Shown here piece after piece: positions 50,001 to 61,744 of a stretch of 64,000 nt of DNA (positions are counted from its first letter, which is position 1; every line of letters begins with the position of its first letter). The notes under the pieces are model-generated. The model did no database searches. It saw nothing but the letters and a program-made list of their open reading frames with translations, and was not told the origin of the DNA. The translations under genes and the position numbers were made by a program. Source of the DNA: Camelus ferus (taxonomy: Eukaryota); NCBI RefSeq assembly GCF_009834535.1, contig NC_045697.1, positions 86,058,001-86,122,000 of the forward strand. Direction: 5' to 3'.

Positions 50001-53000
50001 TTCAGTGTCTTCTTCTGTAATATGGGAGGTTAATGCCTACCTGGTAGGGCTGGTTTGAGGATTGGAGAATAATATACTTTAAGCCCATAGCATGTGCCTG
50101 GCACATGATTTAATAAGTGGTTAATTATAGTAACTTCTTATCGCTCTTGATAGGCATAATAAATTGGTGAGGTTAAGTTACTTAATTTCTCACCCAATAT
50201 TTCTCATCTATCAAAAGGATAAAATAATTAACTTTTTCCCCCCTTCCTATCTTCTCTCCCATCTCTCATTCCCCCTTTGCTCCCCACTCCCCCAAAAAAT
50301 CCACACAGGAAAGAAGGTGGCAAGTTTGGCTTTGCGGAGTCGATAGCCAATCAAAGGATCACAGCATTTAAAATGGAAAAGGCCCCAATTGATACCTCCG
50401 ATGTAGAGGAAAAAGCAGAAGAAATCATTTCGGAAGCTGAACCTCCTTCAGAAGTGTATCTTTATTGGATTTTTTTTTTTTCAGTAACAAAAAGATTCTC
50501 AACACTTTTGGCATTATTAGGGCTCTGTGAAGTGTTTGCATACTGAAATTTATTTTCTGAAAACATTTAAGATACATTAATGTTTTATTATATTAAGTTG
50601 ATGGTATAACATTCACCTTCTCTTCATCTATCCTACAGAAACCAGAAATTTCTCTATTATAAGAACCAATTTACAGCATTTCATTTTCCTTTGGAAAATT
50701 GTTCTTTAATCTCAGTGCATCAAGTACTTCATACACTGTTACACATTGTTCTTAAAGTTCATTCATTCAACACATTTATTACAACTAAAATGTTCAGAGC
50801 CAGTGTGTCTCTTGATATTTCTCACCCATTGTGTCCATAAAATCTTAACCAGTTACACATTTTTCTTCTTCATTGTTCAGCCATAGATGCTTAGTAAATC
50901 TTTTTTCCTGAGAATTTGAGGCACACTTCCATCAGTCTTAAAGTAGAAAACTTCTATTCATCTTTTTCAGCACTGCATCAAATAGTGATATTTTTGTTAT
51001 TCAATTTACTTAACTTGCTAAGTGTTTCTAAACCTGTGCTATGGACCCCTGGAACCGCCCAAATTGGAGAGGGAATAGAAAACTCCTGGGGTGACCTTGA
51101 AGACTCTGAAAAGGAAGACGATGATGAAGGTGGCAGTGATGAAGCAATCATTCTTGATAGTATAAAAATGGACACTGGAGTAGGTATCTCTAATATTGGA
51201 AGCCAAGGTATGTGATACTTTATGGCTATGTGTTATATATATACACACACACATACACACACACATATATGTATATATATATGTATCTCTATGGATCTTA
51301 CTTTTATATTAGCAGTTACTTTTTTTAGAGGGGCTAAATATTTTGTAATTTCAGCTTAACTGTTGAGGCTAACTGCAATCTTAACTCCAGTTCTTTTCTA
51401 AAGGAATATGCTTATCTCTGTGGAGTGGTGGTATTCTTTGGTATGTAAATGTAGAGGCATTTTTAAGTTTTTTCCTTCTGTATATTTATCTGGCCAGTTT
51501 TAAGGGGATGAGTTCCTTAAACTCATTCCTGCATATTTTCCTTTGTGTAGTTTCTAGACTCAAAACATAAAGAGGCAGTATCATAACGTATTAGTATTAG
51601 GAATGTTCTGTATCTCTCTATACCGTCCAGTATAGTGGCCACATGTAGCCATTGAGTAGTGAAATGTAGCCTGTGTAACCGAAGAATTCTAAATTTTAAC
51701 TCTAGTCGATATAAGGTTAAATAGCCACGTGTGGCTACCATGTTAGACCGCTGTAGAACATATACAATTCTAGAGGTACATAGATACTGGTAGTGCTGGA
51801 TGTTCCTTGTATTCTGAAAGCAGTAGAACTAGAGAAATTGTTCTTACCTGTGGATGTTTTTATTTTTAAAACCAGTTTCTTCCTTGGCTCATGCTGGAAA
51901 ATAATCATTGTTTTTTTATGTACTAAAAACAGAAATCATACAAGGAAGGATCTAGGAAGTAGGCTGGTGGAGAACTAAAGGATACACGTACCAAATGTCT
52001 AAACTTGGCTGAGAAAATAGTAAAGTGTAATGCACATACCTGCCTGCCTTCAAGGAAGATGATTACCTGTAAACACTAAGAGCCTGCTGGGGTTTTTTGT
52101 AAGGGAAAAAACAAAATTCCTGTTGATTGGGGACCCCCCTCCCCATTCAGCTTTACCAGTGGTTATTTCTATTTAGTATTATTCTTCCAGACCTTGTTCC
52201 ATGTATTTATTTACTATATATTTATACTGATATAAGCTGGTTAAAAGTATGAATGAATCTTTAGTTTTCCCATGTCATCACAGAAATACTAAGATAATCG
52301 GGAGGATGGAGTAGGTAAAACATTTCTAAAGCATATGAACAAAGTGAGAAAGTCTACAGATGGCCAGTAATGATTTTAGAATGTATATGCCTTTTGACCC
52401 AGCAATTCTGCTTCTAGGTATTTTCCTTCTAGTTTTGTTTATAATATGGAGAAATTAAAAATTTAGATCTTCAAAATTAGGAAATTCTAACAGAGTAGCT
52501 AATTTTGAATACATTTTTCAGAGCTCCAAGGAATAACCTGAGGGAAGGGAAGAACTGAATAGCAGGTCTATAAGCCTCTACCCAGAGTAGCCTGGGCTCT
52601 GCCTGAATGGAAATGGAGCTTTAGAACCATCAGTATAATTCTGTGTGGAAACTTTCCAAGGGATTACTTATATTCCTTTCTCAACATTTTTCTTAAAGAT
52701 GCCCCTATAGTACTCTCAGACAGTGAAGAAGAAGAAATGATCATTTTAGAACCAGATAAGAACCCGAAGAAAATAAGGTAACAAATTTCTGGTTTATTTC
52801 AAAAGTATATATGTATACATATACTTAAAGACTTCTTAGAGGTTTGCTGTCTGGTTTTATTGTCATCTTACTCTACTGTAAACAAAGACAGCTTTTTCAT
52901 TAGCAGTTTACAGTATTCTGCGGTCATGGTTTAGATCCCCAAAATAGGAGGCAAAATGGTACTAATATACTGTTAAAACTATTAATTTACTTTGTTCACA

Positions 53001-53086
53001 GAACACAGACCATCAGTGCAACACAAGAAAAAGCACCAAGTAAAAAGTCAGTGAAAAAGAGAAGAAAGAAGAGAGCTACTAATTAA
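43810..53086 (+). CDS. EXOSC9: Exosome complex component RRP45 (PM/Scl-75), 440 aa, 12 coding exons
   Basis: join(43810..43875,44231..44325,45082..45201,45318..45420,46246..46383,47049..47131,48315..48447,49564..49652,50309..50455,51023..51207,52699..52777,53002..53086) = 1323 nt. All introns are GT-AG and the frame is continuous: MKETPLSNCERRFLLRAIEEKKRLDGRQTYDYR...KKRRKKRATN*. Confidence 0.97.
44231..44325 (+). CDS. EXOSC9: EXOSC9 exon 2
   Basis: ttacag|RLDGRQTYDYRNIKITFGTDYGCCIVELGKT|gtaac. Confidence 0.95.
45082..45201 (+). CDS. EXOSC9: EXOSC9 exon 3
   Basis: ttgcag|VLGQVSCELVSPKLNRATEGILFFNLELSQMAAPAFEPG|gtatt. Confidence 0.95.
45318..45420 (+). CDS. EXOSC9: EXOSC9 exon 4
   Basis: tcatag|QSDLLVKLNRLLERCLRNSKCIDTESLCVVAGEK|gtggg. 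Confidence 0.95.
46246..46383 (+). CDS. EXOSC9: EXOSC9 exon 5
   Basis: attcag|VWQIRVDLHLLNHDGNIIDAASIAAIVALCHFRRPDVSVQGDEVTL|gtaag. Confidence 0.95.
47049..47131 (+). CDS. EXOSC9: EXOSC9 exon 6
   Basis: acacag|YTPEERDPVPLSIHHMPICVSFAFFQQG|gtaag. Confidence 0.95.
47780..48035. mobile_element. hAT-Charlie MITE (MER33/MER3-like) in EXOSC9 intron 6
   Basis: gcactgtacagtagaa...tagccacatttaaaaggtaaaagg...tacatctcaatttgaaccagccacatt. Confidence 0.55.
48315..48447 (+). CDS. EXOSC9: EXOSC9 exon 7
   Basis: tttcag|TYLLVDPNEREERVMDGLLVIAMNKHREICTIQSSGGIMLLKDQ|gtcagt. Confidence 0.95.
49564..49652 (+). CDS. EXOSC9: EXOSC9 exon 8
   Basis: aaatag|VLRCSKIAGVKVMEITELIQKALENDQKV|gtaag. Confidence 0.95.
50309..50455 (+). 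CDS. EXOSC9: EXOSC9 exon 9
   Basis: cacacag|KEGGKFGFAESIANQRITAFKMEKAPIDTSDVEEKAEEIISEAEPPSE|gtatcttt. Confidence 0.93.
51023..51207 (+). CDS. EXOSC9: EXOSC9 exon 10
   Basis: gctaag|VSKPVLWTPGTAQIGEGIENSWGDLEDSEKEDDDEGGSDEAIILDSIKMDTGVGISNIGSQ|gtatg. Confidence 0.92.
52699..52777 (+). CDS. EXOSC9: EXOSC9 exon 11 (acidic SIM-like motif)
   Basis: ttaaag|APIVLSDSEEEEMIILEPDKNPKKI|gtaac. Confidence 0.93.
53002..53086 (+). CDS. EXOSC9: EXOSC9 exon 12 (basic NLS and stop)
   Basis: tcacag|TQTISATQEKAPSKKSVKKRRKKRATN TAA. ATTAAA at 53120-53125. Confidence 0.93.
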
Positions 53087-53808
53087 AGTTCACATAGTTG
53101 TGTATTTGTGTATATAACTATTAAAAAGGTATTTATTCAGTGCTAACAACCTTGGGTATTATTTTATTCACAAAATCCATTATAAAATCAAGACATTTCT
53201 TTATATAGTTTTTTTTACATTATGATTTTTAAAATAAACCTCTGGAGAACTTTTAAGACAAGTTTTAAATAACTGTCACTTTGGTATGTAAAGTGTACAA
53301 GTTGATGAATGAAAAAGCATTTTCATAGTGTGTACAAAGGCCTGAAAGAGATGCCCCAGGTCAACCAACTGACCCAGCTTCTTATGGAAATGAATGTCAG
53401 CACCTGTCTGTTTTCCTAAAACTGATTTTAGGAGACAGCTTCCCAGTCCCCATGCTTTAGTAAACTAAATTTTTCCGAGTGAAATCCTGAAGTCAAATTT
53501 TTACTTCAAATTAAATTTTACTTACAAACCAAGTTTTCCAAATCAATTTATTAATTCTTATTATCCTGACAGCTGGCATCATTAATACTTTAACAAAACC
53601 ACTTAAAATTAGCCAAATATCTAAGATACTTACATGTACAAAAGATATACAAATTAAAACCATTTAAGAAGTAATAGATACCATAATTTGTACTTGACCA
53701 CAAGTTCTGTATTCAGAAATGATTGTAAAATTAAAACCTAAGATAAAATCTGTACACCATATACTTTGAGTGATTTACATCTTAGAAAACAAAGGCAGTC
53801 TTTCACTG

Positions 53809-53857
53809 TTACACATTTAGTGTCTCTGGTGGGTTGAGGAGAGAAACACCATGATAC
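53809..53857 (-). CDS. CCNA2: CCNA2 exon 8 (last coding exon)
   Basis: ttacag|[18 protein letters not shown]. Confidence 0.93.
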
Positions 53858-56800
53858 CTGTAAGTGGGGAAAAAAATCCACATTTAGTAAACATTCATTG
53901 GGTCAATCGGATCATGAAATGAAACATACCAGAAACTCAGAAATGCTATTTCTGTCTACTTGAGTTAAGAATTATAAAATCATTGTCTGGTAGCCCAAAC
54001 ATGTATGGGCACCCCGTTCCTTTTCCCTCCTCCAAGGACAGGAAGGGGGTAGGGTATAGCTCAGGGGTAGAGTGCCTGCTTAGCATGCACAAGGTCCTGG
54101 GTTCAATCCCTAGTACCTCCACTGAAATAAATACATATAAATAAACAAACCTAATCCCCCACTCAAAACAAAACAGGACAGAAAGCATTAACTACAGCCT
54201 ATTCAAAACACCTGGCCTGCTAAGAGAACAGCTTAAGGAGGCTGTGCCTGATCTGTCACTCCCTTAATAATTAAGTTCAAATGTCAACGATCTCTGAACC
54301 ATATGATAGCCTGGAAAAGCAAGCTTCTTTAATATCTATTCATGTTAATTCTTACTTTGGATTTTTGTACTTTTCTCTTATCGACTGTTGTGCATGCTGT
54401 GGTGCTTTGAGGTAGGTCTGGTGAAGGTCCATGAGACAAGGCTTAAGAGTTTCCAGCGTATATCCAGTCTTTTGTACTAATGATTCAGGCTACAGGAGGG
54501 AGTAGAAAGCCATTGAGTTTGTTTTTAGTAACAGACAATAAACGCAACAAGGTAGTAGTTGGCATTAAGCTTGAGTTTTGTTAAACTTCAGTACTAACAA
54601 ATCCAACTAACAGATCTTCCAATTTTCTCAAGCTATTAGTCCATCTCTTTTGCTGATTTTGATCAGTTTTTACTATTTTCCCTGCCAGCAGCAGGTCTCA
54701 TGGCCCAAATTCTTTGAGCACACCTTTCACATCCAAGTAATAAGCTTTCTACCTAACAAACAGATACTATTAAACAAGTAAGACTAAGACGCTTTAAACA
54801 GTGTGGATGGTTGAACAACTTTTCCAGGTCAGTACATCCAGACAACCATCAGTTGTATCGGGTGATTATTTAACTTGTGTGGCACAAGCATTTAAGTGAC
54901 AAGTCACGAGGTAGCGTGTAAAGACGTCGTTGTACATACCCAGCTTTGTCCCGTGACTGTGTAGAGTGCTAAGTGAAAGGCTGCTCCAGCGATGACTGAT
55001 GGCAAATACTTCAGATATGGGTCAGCATCTATCAAACTTAACTCTCCCAAAAACTGGAATGAAAGAGTAAATATACTTTGTAATCATAAGAGCTGTGGAA
55101 TTCAAACCTCAGGTTCTTGCCTTCTGACCCCTTTTTTTGTCTTAAGATTAGCTCTATAGCAACCATAGTAAGAAATCTCCATAGCCACATCTTTAAATAT
55201 ATCCACTATCTTAGTGCTTTGTTTCATTCTCATCCTGTATTTTTCCTTGTAATAGCTCTAAAAACAACTCTTTTGGCTACCATTTCCCAAGACTGCATCC
55301 TCATACCACTACTTCTAGTGTTTTCACAATTTATATTTCTCTTGCCAATGATAGGCTGTCTTCCATACTGCAGCACTCATCTGTGCCCAGAATACTAAAT
55401 CCCTTGACTAAGGCTGTATAATGAAACTAGGGCTTGCCCCTAGTTATGACCTTAGATCTTCATTCAACAAAATGAAAAGAACTTACCATTGCTAAACTTT
55501 CAACTTTGCAGTTTGCAGACTGCTGGTGTAGAAAGTACTGGGTAAGAAACTGATTTATTGTTGGTGCAGCTAAGTCAAAAGCAAGGACTTTCAAAACTAG
55601 GTGCTCCATTCTCAGAACTTGTTTCTTGGTATAAGTGTCATCGGTAATGTATACAAATTCTGCTACTTCTGGCGGGTATATTTCTTCAAACTTTCTACAG
55701 TGGAAGAAATTTTAAGTAATCAGTCCATCTAAAGGAAAAGCAATTTGTTTATCCCCCTTGAAATCCCTTAAGCAAAATAAATGGGATGAACCCAAAACCT
55801 ATACCCTGAACCAGTTGCCTGTTTTCACTGATACTTGGCCATTTCTAGCGGAGATTGGGTAAATGCTAATTAGAAGACCCAAATATTTCTCCACTGCAGT
55901 CAAAAGAAATAAATGAGAGGCACAAGACTTCCCAAGATGGGAACAATACCAGAGTTCAAATAACTGAAAATTCAGGTTATTTTCTCAGAAAAATAAATGC
56001 TTTATATTTTAGTTTTCATGCCTTGATGAAAAGATGAGATTTTGCTTATATGCTAGAAAGTACTTTACAATGGAAGGAACCACACTTTGTAATGCAGTCC
56101 CAGTGTATTAATAAAATGTCACCAGTCTCCAGGTTCACTCAAGAAGGTACCCCGAAATCCAGTAATGTCCTAAATTTTAAAAGTTTCATCCACACCACCC
56201 CTAAAATAGTTGCTGACTCTCTGCCTTGTGTAGTATGTTAAAAATCGCACTTTAAAAACCACAATTTCTCCCCTACACAAACAGTACTACTAACCACTTT
56301 TAATCCAACAAACCAAGTTGGACTTACGAGGCTAACAGCATAGCAGCAGTGCCCACAAGCTGAAGTTTTCCTCTCAACACAGACATCGATGAAAGAAACC
56401 TGTCAATGTAGTTCACAGCCAAATGCAGGGTCTCATTCTGTAGTTTATATTCTTCTCCTACTTCAACTAACCAGTCCACGAGGATAGCCCTCATACTGTT
56501 AGTAATGTCTGGCTGTTTCTTCATGTAACCCACTTTAGGCTTACATTTAACCTGTTGAGAAAGTTACTTAGTATAGTGTTAAAATTGCAATTAGATTATT
56601 CTGCCATTAACAGATGCTACATGCTACAAACATAAGTATAGCATAAGAGTACTCCACAGGCAGTTAAAAACTTGAAAACATTATCCTCTCAATTTCACTT
56701 CAACAGAGTGAATAAAGTATGAAGTGGATTCAGAGAGCCTTTACCTCCATTTCCCTAAGGTATGTGTGAATGTCCTCGTGGTAGTCTGGTACTTCATTAA

Positions 56801-59407
56801 CACTCACTGGCTTTTCATCTTCCAGTACAATTGACATGTCCATAGTATGTGGTGACTCTGGGAGAATTCAAAAGTACAATGAAGTTCACTTTCAATTTTC
56901 TACTTAATAGCGAAGTTAAATTTAATAGTTAAACTGAATAGCTAAAAGTGATTGCCCTTGTAAAGAGGCCCATACTACCAAAGTATTTATTTTATCCAGC
57001 TAAAATCTTTTTATGACAAAGTACATAGAAGATTTCATTCTGATTTTAGTACCTCTGTTCACTTAGCTTTGGAATAATTTTAATTAAAAAGAAAAAATAC
57101 TGATAGGCCATTAACAGGAAAATGAGTTTGAGGAGCAGGTATTATTTTAAAGTATCATTCATCTCCCATGACAGGAATACAGTTCTGTTAGGACAAAGCT
57201 AAAATCCAAGTTTTGAGATATCAAGGATTTGTCACAAGAGTTTGCAGAACCCCAAAGTCTGACATACTCAAAGCACAGTCTAGGCAATAACTAGAAGCAG
57301 TGCTAACAAATGTGTTAAAAGAGAAAATTAGATTTGTTATATGTTCACACATATTAACACTACAATCAATGGGTGATTCTTTTTTTTGTAAATTTAAATT
57401 ATTTTTAGAGGCAAAGAATATCACCCATTATTCTTACTTCAGGGTTTACTTTCAGGTTAAAATCTGTTGCAAATTTTAAATAAAAATACACAAAATTATT
57501 TTATTTCCAAAGGACTTCCCTGCTCCTCCCAGACCACCCCTCATCAATAGAACTAAACTGAGAATGGATTTCATGAACTGTCCAGTGACTCAATAGCCTG
57601 ATGGCAAAGAAGCAGCATAAACTGTAGGCAGAGTCGTTTGCAGCAGCTACTCTATATTACATGTGGTTAAATGCAAACATTCATGGTTCAACTACTAACT
57701 CACAGGACAATGGCCTCCTCTGGTATCAGAGGATTACTTAGACTGGTTTTACAGAAACAAAATTTTAAAGCTGTAAGAGATGTTGGCTGTCACAAAGCTG
57801 CATCCTCAAATAGCACTTTCTGAAGTGGTAATGTACAAAATGAGTCTTAAGAATAAAAGTAAATATATTCTCCCAACCAAGCATACATTTCCAGGGTCAG
57901 ATTAAAGTGAGTGAGATCTAATTCTGGGATGAAATTGATGTGATTAGCAGTGTACCAAAAGGACCAGATTAGGATCCTTTTGTAGGTCACTAGGTCTCAT
58001 ATTAGCTGTGAGGTCTGAGATAAGTCACACCCTTTCTAAAGTTGATACATTAAACCTAACAATGTAGAAAGGATCCGGTAAAATAATGTCTTAAAAGACA
58101 GAATATAATTAATCCAATCTATTTAATAATTATAACTACATTGATTTGATATAGATACTGTAAACTTACCAAAACTACCATCCATTGGGTAATCAAGAGG
58201 TACCAGTGGTTTTCTTGGTCCAGGTAAAGTAATAGCTGAATTAAACGCCAAGACATCTTCACTTTCTGGTTTTTTAGATTCAGCTGGCCTCTTCTGAGTC
58301 TCTTCTGCTTCATCCACATGAATGGTAAATGGAGGCTGTTTACTGTTTGCTTTCCAGGGAGGAACAGTGACATGCTCATCATTTATAGGAAGATCCTTAA
58401 GAGGTGCAACCTAAAAAATAAATAACTGGCTTTGAGCCTATTAATGGTTTTGCTTTTATCCCCTTACCGGTCTCAGCCTCTGAGTTTACTCCCAAATGCA
58501 TTATCAGGAAAATTAAACTTTCTGGGGCAAAATCCAGGCAAGGAAATTTGAGTAGTTGGAGAAACAAGGGATGTTCTAATTTGTCACAGGCATTCCTGGA
58601 AAGGTTTTAGAGTCATGCTAAGTGGAATTATGCAAAATTAATCAAGGCCACGAGATGGGTGGAGTGGCAGGCAGAAAGATGACATAATTTAGGAAAGAAA
58701 TGGCAACAAAGTGGTTCACCTCTCTCGCCCCAGGGTGGAGCAACAGAGCAAATCCGGTAAGATGGCGGAATTGACCAAAAGCAAAGTATTTTTTATACCC
58801 TTTCCCAAAATAAGAGATAATGTCTTAACTATATGGGGAGGATGAAGGAGGTCCGGGCAGTGCCTGGGGCTTAAAAGTCGAGAGAAAGGCGCGGAGGCGG
58901 GTAAAGACCACACTCACGTTGCAGGGCTTGGTTTGACCCCATTATCTATAGAAAAATACTCCCAACAGAGAGCAAACAGGCAGCATAAATGCATAGTGCT
59001 GGCAGGGAGAGTAGTGGGTGAAACTAATGGGAGTAACGTGGCATCCCACACTCCAGAAAACCAGGGGTCAAGGGACTCTAAACCCTGGCCTCCCGCAAAA
59101 AGCCCAGCGAATGCTTTCTAGCCACTCTGCCGGCTAAATCCACGCAAAATTCCCGCTCGGCCCACCGTCGGACAGATATCGCTCATCTCTTTACCCGTCG
59201 CGTCTTAGGCCTCTGCTGTGGCGCTGCACCCCGCGAGTTACCAGCCTTCAATACCGCCAGCCCAGCCCGGGTCCGAGGCTGCTGGGCGGGCGCCGCTTTC
59301 TCGGGGTTGATGTTCTCCTGGTCCTCCTGGAGCGCCGCCTGCTGCAATGTTAGCAGCGCCGAGCCCGACTCGCGGGCCGCAGGCCCGGGCGCGGAGCTGC
59401 CCAACAT
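53809..59407 (-). CDS. CCNA2: Cyclin A2, 431 aa, 8 coding exons
   Basis: complement(join(53809..53857,54356..54489,54940..55053,55487..55694,56328..56551,56745..56857,58170..58410,59195..59407)) = 1296 nt. GT-AG introns, [16 protein letters not shown] cyclin box, ends [10 protein letters not shown]. Confidence 0.97.
54046..54174 (+). mobile_element. tRNA-derived SINE (Vic-1-like) in CCNA2 intron 7
   Basis: A and B boxes. TSD aggacag(g/a)aag at 54035-54045 and 54175-54185. Confidence 0.8.
54356..54489 (-). CDS. CCNA2: CCNA2 exon 7
   Basis: ctgtag|[44 protein letters not shown]|gtaag. Confidence 0.95.
54940..55053 (-). CDS. CCNA2: CCNA2 exon 6
   Basis: ttccag|[38 protein letters not shown]|gtatg. 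Confidence 0.95.
55487..55694 (-). CDS. CCNA2: CCNA2 exon 5
   Basis: ctgtag|[69 protein letters not shown]|gtaag. Confidence 0.95.
56328..56551 (-). CDS. CCNA2: CCNA2 exon 4
   Basis: caacag|[74 protein letters not shown]|gtaag. Confidence 0.96.
56745..56857 (-). CDS. CCNA2: CCNA2 exon 3
   Basis: tcccag|[37 protein letters not shown]|gtaaag. Confidence 0.95.
58170..58410 (-). CDS. CCNA2: CCNA2 exon 2
   Basis: ttttag|[42 protein letters not shown]...DYPMDGSF|gtaag. Confidence 0.95.
59195..59407 (-). CDS. CCNA2: CCNA2 coding exon 1 (D-box region)
   Basis: [71 protein letters not shown]|gtaaag. Confidence 0.95.
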
Positions 59408-59654
59408 CACTGCTCCCAGGGGCGCGGCGGGATCAGCCTGCGGCGCCAAGCAGCGTGCACTTCGTTCCGCCGACCCCGCCAAGGAACACTCCAGCCGTAC
59501 CCGTCAGCCACAGCCCGGGCCAGCCTGCCCGCCTGCTTGGGATCGCGTAGGGCCGAGGAGGTTCCAAAAGGCGGAGGCAGGCACTGCGGGCGTGGAGAGT
59601 CAAGGACGCCCCCGAAATGAAGCGAGCAGCCCGCCGGAGCGGCGGCTGTTCATG

Positions 59655-59850
59655 CAGTTCAAGTATCCCGCGACTATTGAAATGGACCAATGAAAAGGGC
59701 CGAGACCCGTGACGTCACTCGGGGCGACGCGGTCGCAGGCGAGTGAAGGCGGCTGCGAAGGCAACCGAGCAGGGGCGGAGCGCGGCGAAGAAATGTCGAA
59801 CGGCGGCAGGAGGAAGTCCGCCTGCGCCGGGCGGAGAGGCGGGGCCAAAG
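59655..59850 (-). promoter_or_regulatory. CCNA2: CCNA2 cell-cycle promoter: CHR, CDE, CCAAT, CRE and GC boxes within a CpG island (about 59100-59880)
   Basis: Minus strand reads tagtCGCGGgataCTTGAA (CDE 59668-59672, CHR 59658-59663). CCAAT at 59687-59691, TGACGTCA at 59710-59717, GGGGCGGAG at 59772-59780. Confidence 0.9.
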
Positions 59851-61594
59851 TTTACGGTAACTTTAACACAGCCAGTAGGCGGTTCCTGTCTCAGGGCAAG
59901 GGCTGTCTCTAGAATAAACTGAATTAAACTTTAGCATTTATTAGTGGGCTGCCCAGGCCTTCAATCCTAGGACCTCCAATTAGTTTGACTATTTTCCCAA
60001 GGTCTAAAACTGATCCGGCCATTTACTGGCCTGGTGGTCTTGTTCAAATTATTCAATGTCTCCAATTCTCGGTTTTCTTATGTTAATTAGGAGTAATAAC
60101 ATCTGCGCATTACACAGTTGTCGTTAGTATTAAATACCGTGCGTAAATCATTTAACACGCTGCTCGAGTAACTGATACTCAAGTGGGAGACTATAATGTC
60201 ATCATACCATTTAGGTGTTTCCTCACAGTCTTATGCTTTTTTATTTTTCCTAATGAAGATGCAATTAATTTAAGGTGCCACCTTCAACTACTGCTGATAT
60301 GTATAACCGATAGTAAGATACTACAAGAAATAGAACTTTTTTCCCCAAGCTGTGGCAGCCAACAATAAAGCACCAAGTAAAATTCTAGTGACCTAGATAT
60401 AATTGTGTTCAATTTTGTTTAAATATAGTAAAAATGACTTATTTTTAAGTCAATTTAAATTTTAAGTTAATTTAATATGACTTATTAAAATAAAACTCTT
60501 AGCAATATGTGCCTTTAACAAATTTTCACATTTAATGTACAAGGTTTGCACATAACTAACAAATAAAATGGTATATAATTAAGCAGCATTCTTGTTTTCC
60601 AACAAATTCATGACTGCCCTTCTTGAAAACATAAATTGCTTATTTCCTATTAAAATCCTTATGTTATTTTTAAAACCTTTAAATACAATCACCTGAATAT
60701 GAATGAATGTGAATTAAGATTAATGAACAAAAATTCTGTAGCCTTAATGTCTTATTTCCCTCCGTATATGATAAAAAGGAAATTAGTGGATACTAGTTTA
60801 GGAAAACCTAAGAAGCTAGCATTATTTCTGCACTATATACATTTAGTACACTTGTATAGCCCTACTGGTTACAGCACATCAAGTTAAGATCCCCTCAAAC
60901 TGCAAATTCTGATTTCTCTGGCCACAATTTATAGCACTAAGCCAACTCAAGTATTTCACAAACTGAACGTGGGTTACAAAACATTACCAGGCAAGAGTGA
61001 AATCAGCTGCAAATCAACCTCAATTCCTAGAAGAAATAATTTATAGGTTATTTCTCCTGGTTGACAACATACATAGTGACCAGAACACAATCCAGGCATC
61101 AGGATTTGGGTCCCACCTTTACAAAATAATACCATATCCTCTCAAACACTCAACCCACTGAGAATCAGTTCTCTTATATGATTTGACAAAATAGTCATAA
61201 ATATGTGTTGTGAAGATCAAATGAGATAACATTTGTAAACACATTCTGAAAACTGTAAAGCAGTTTATACATATGTGTGTTAGCTTGTTAATTATTTGAA
61301 TATATTTTTATTTTCTAAATAGTATTTGATTTAAAAGTTAAAACATCCACTTGAAAAAATTCATTAAAATTCCTTATAATCATTCCACTTTTGTTTTAAA
61401 AATAAACATTCTCTTTATCTTTAAAAAGTTCTACTTGTCAAAAAAAAGCATTACTAAAAAAACTTGTATCTCACATATTTTAGATGATATTAAAAAGCAT
61501 ATGAAATAAAAGAATGTAAAGATAGTCTGTAATTCTGTTTTAACATTTCTCATTTAAACAGACAACTTCTTTGGAACTTTACCTCGTTTATATT

Positions 61595-61744
<150 letters not shown>

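Noticed and set aside
59408..59482. 25-codon in-frame N-terminal extension of CCNA2
   Set aside because: It starts at TTG in a GC-rich 5'UTR. The ATG at 59407 matches the known cyclin A2 N-terminus, and nothing supports use of the upstream start.
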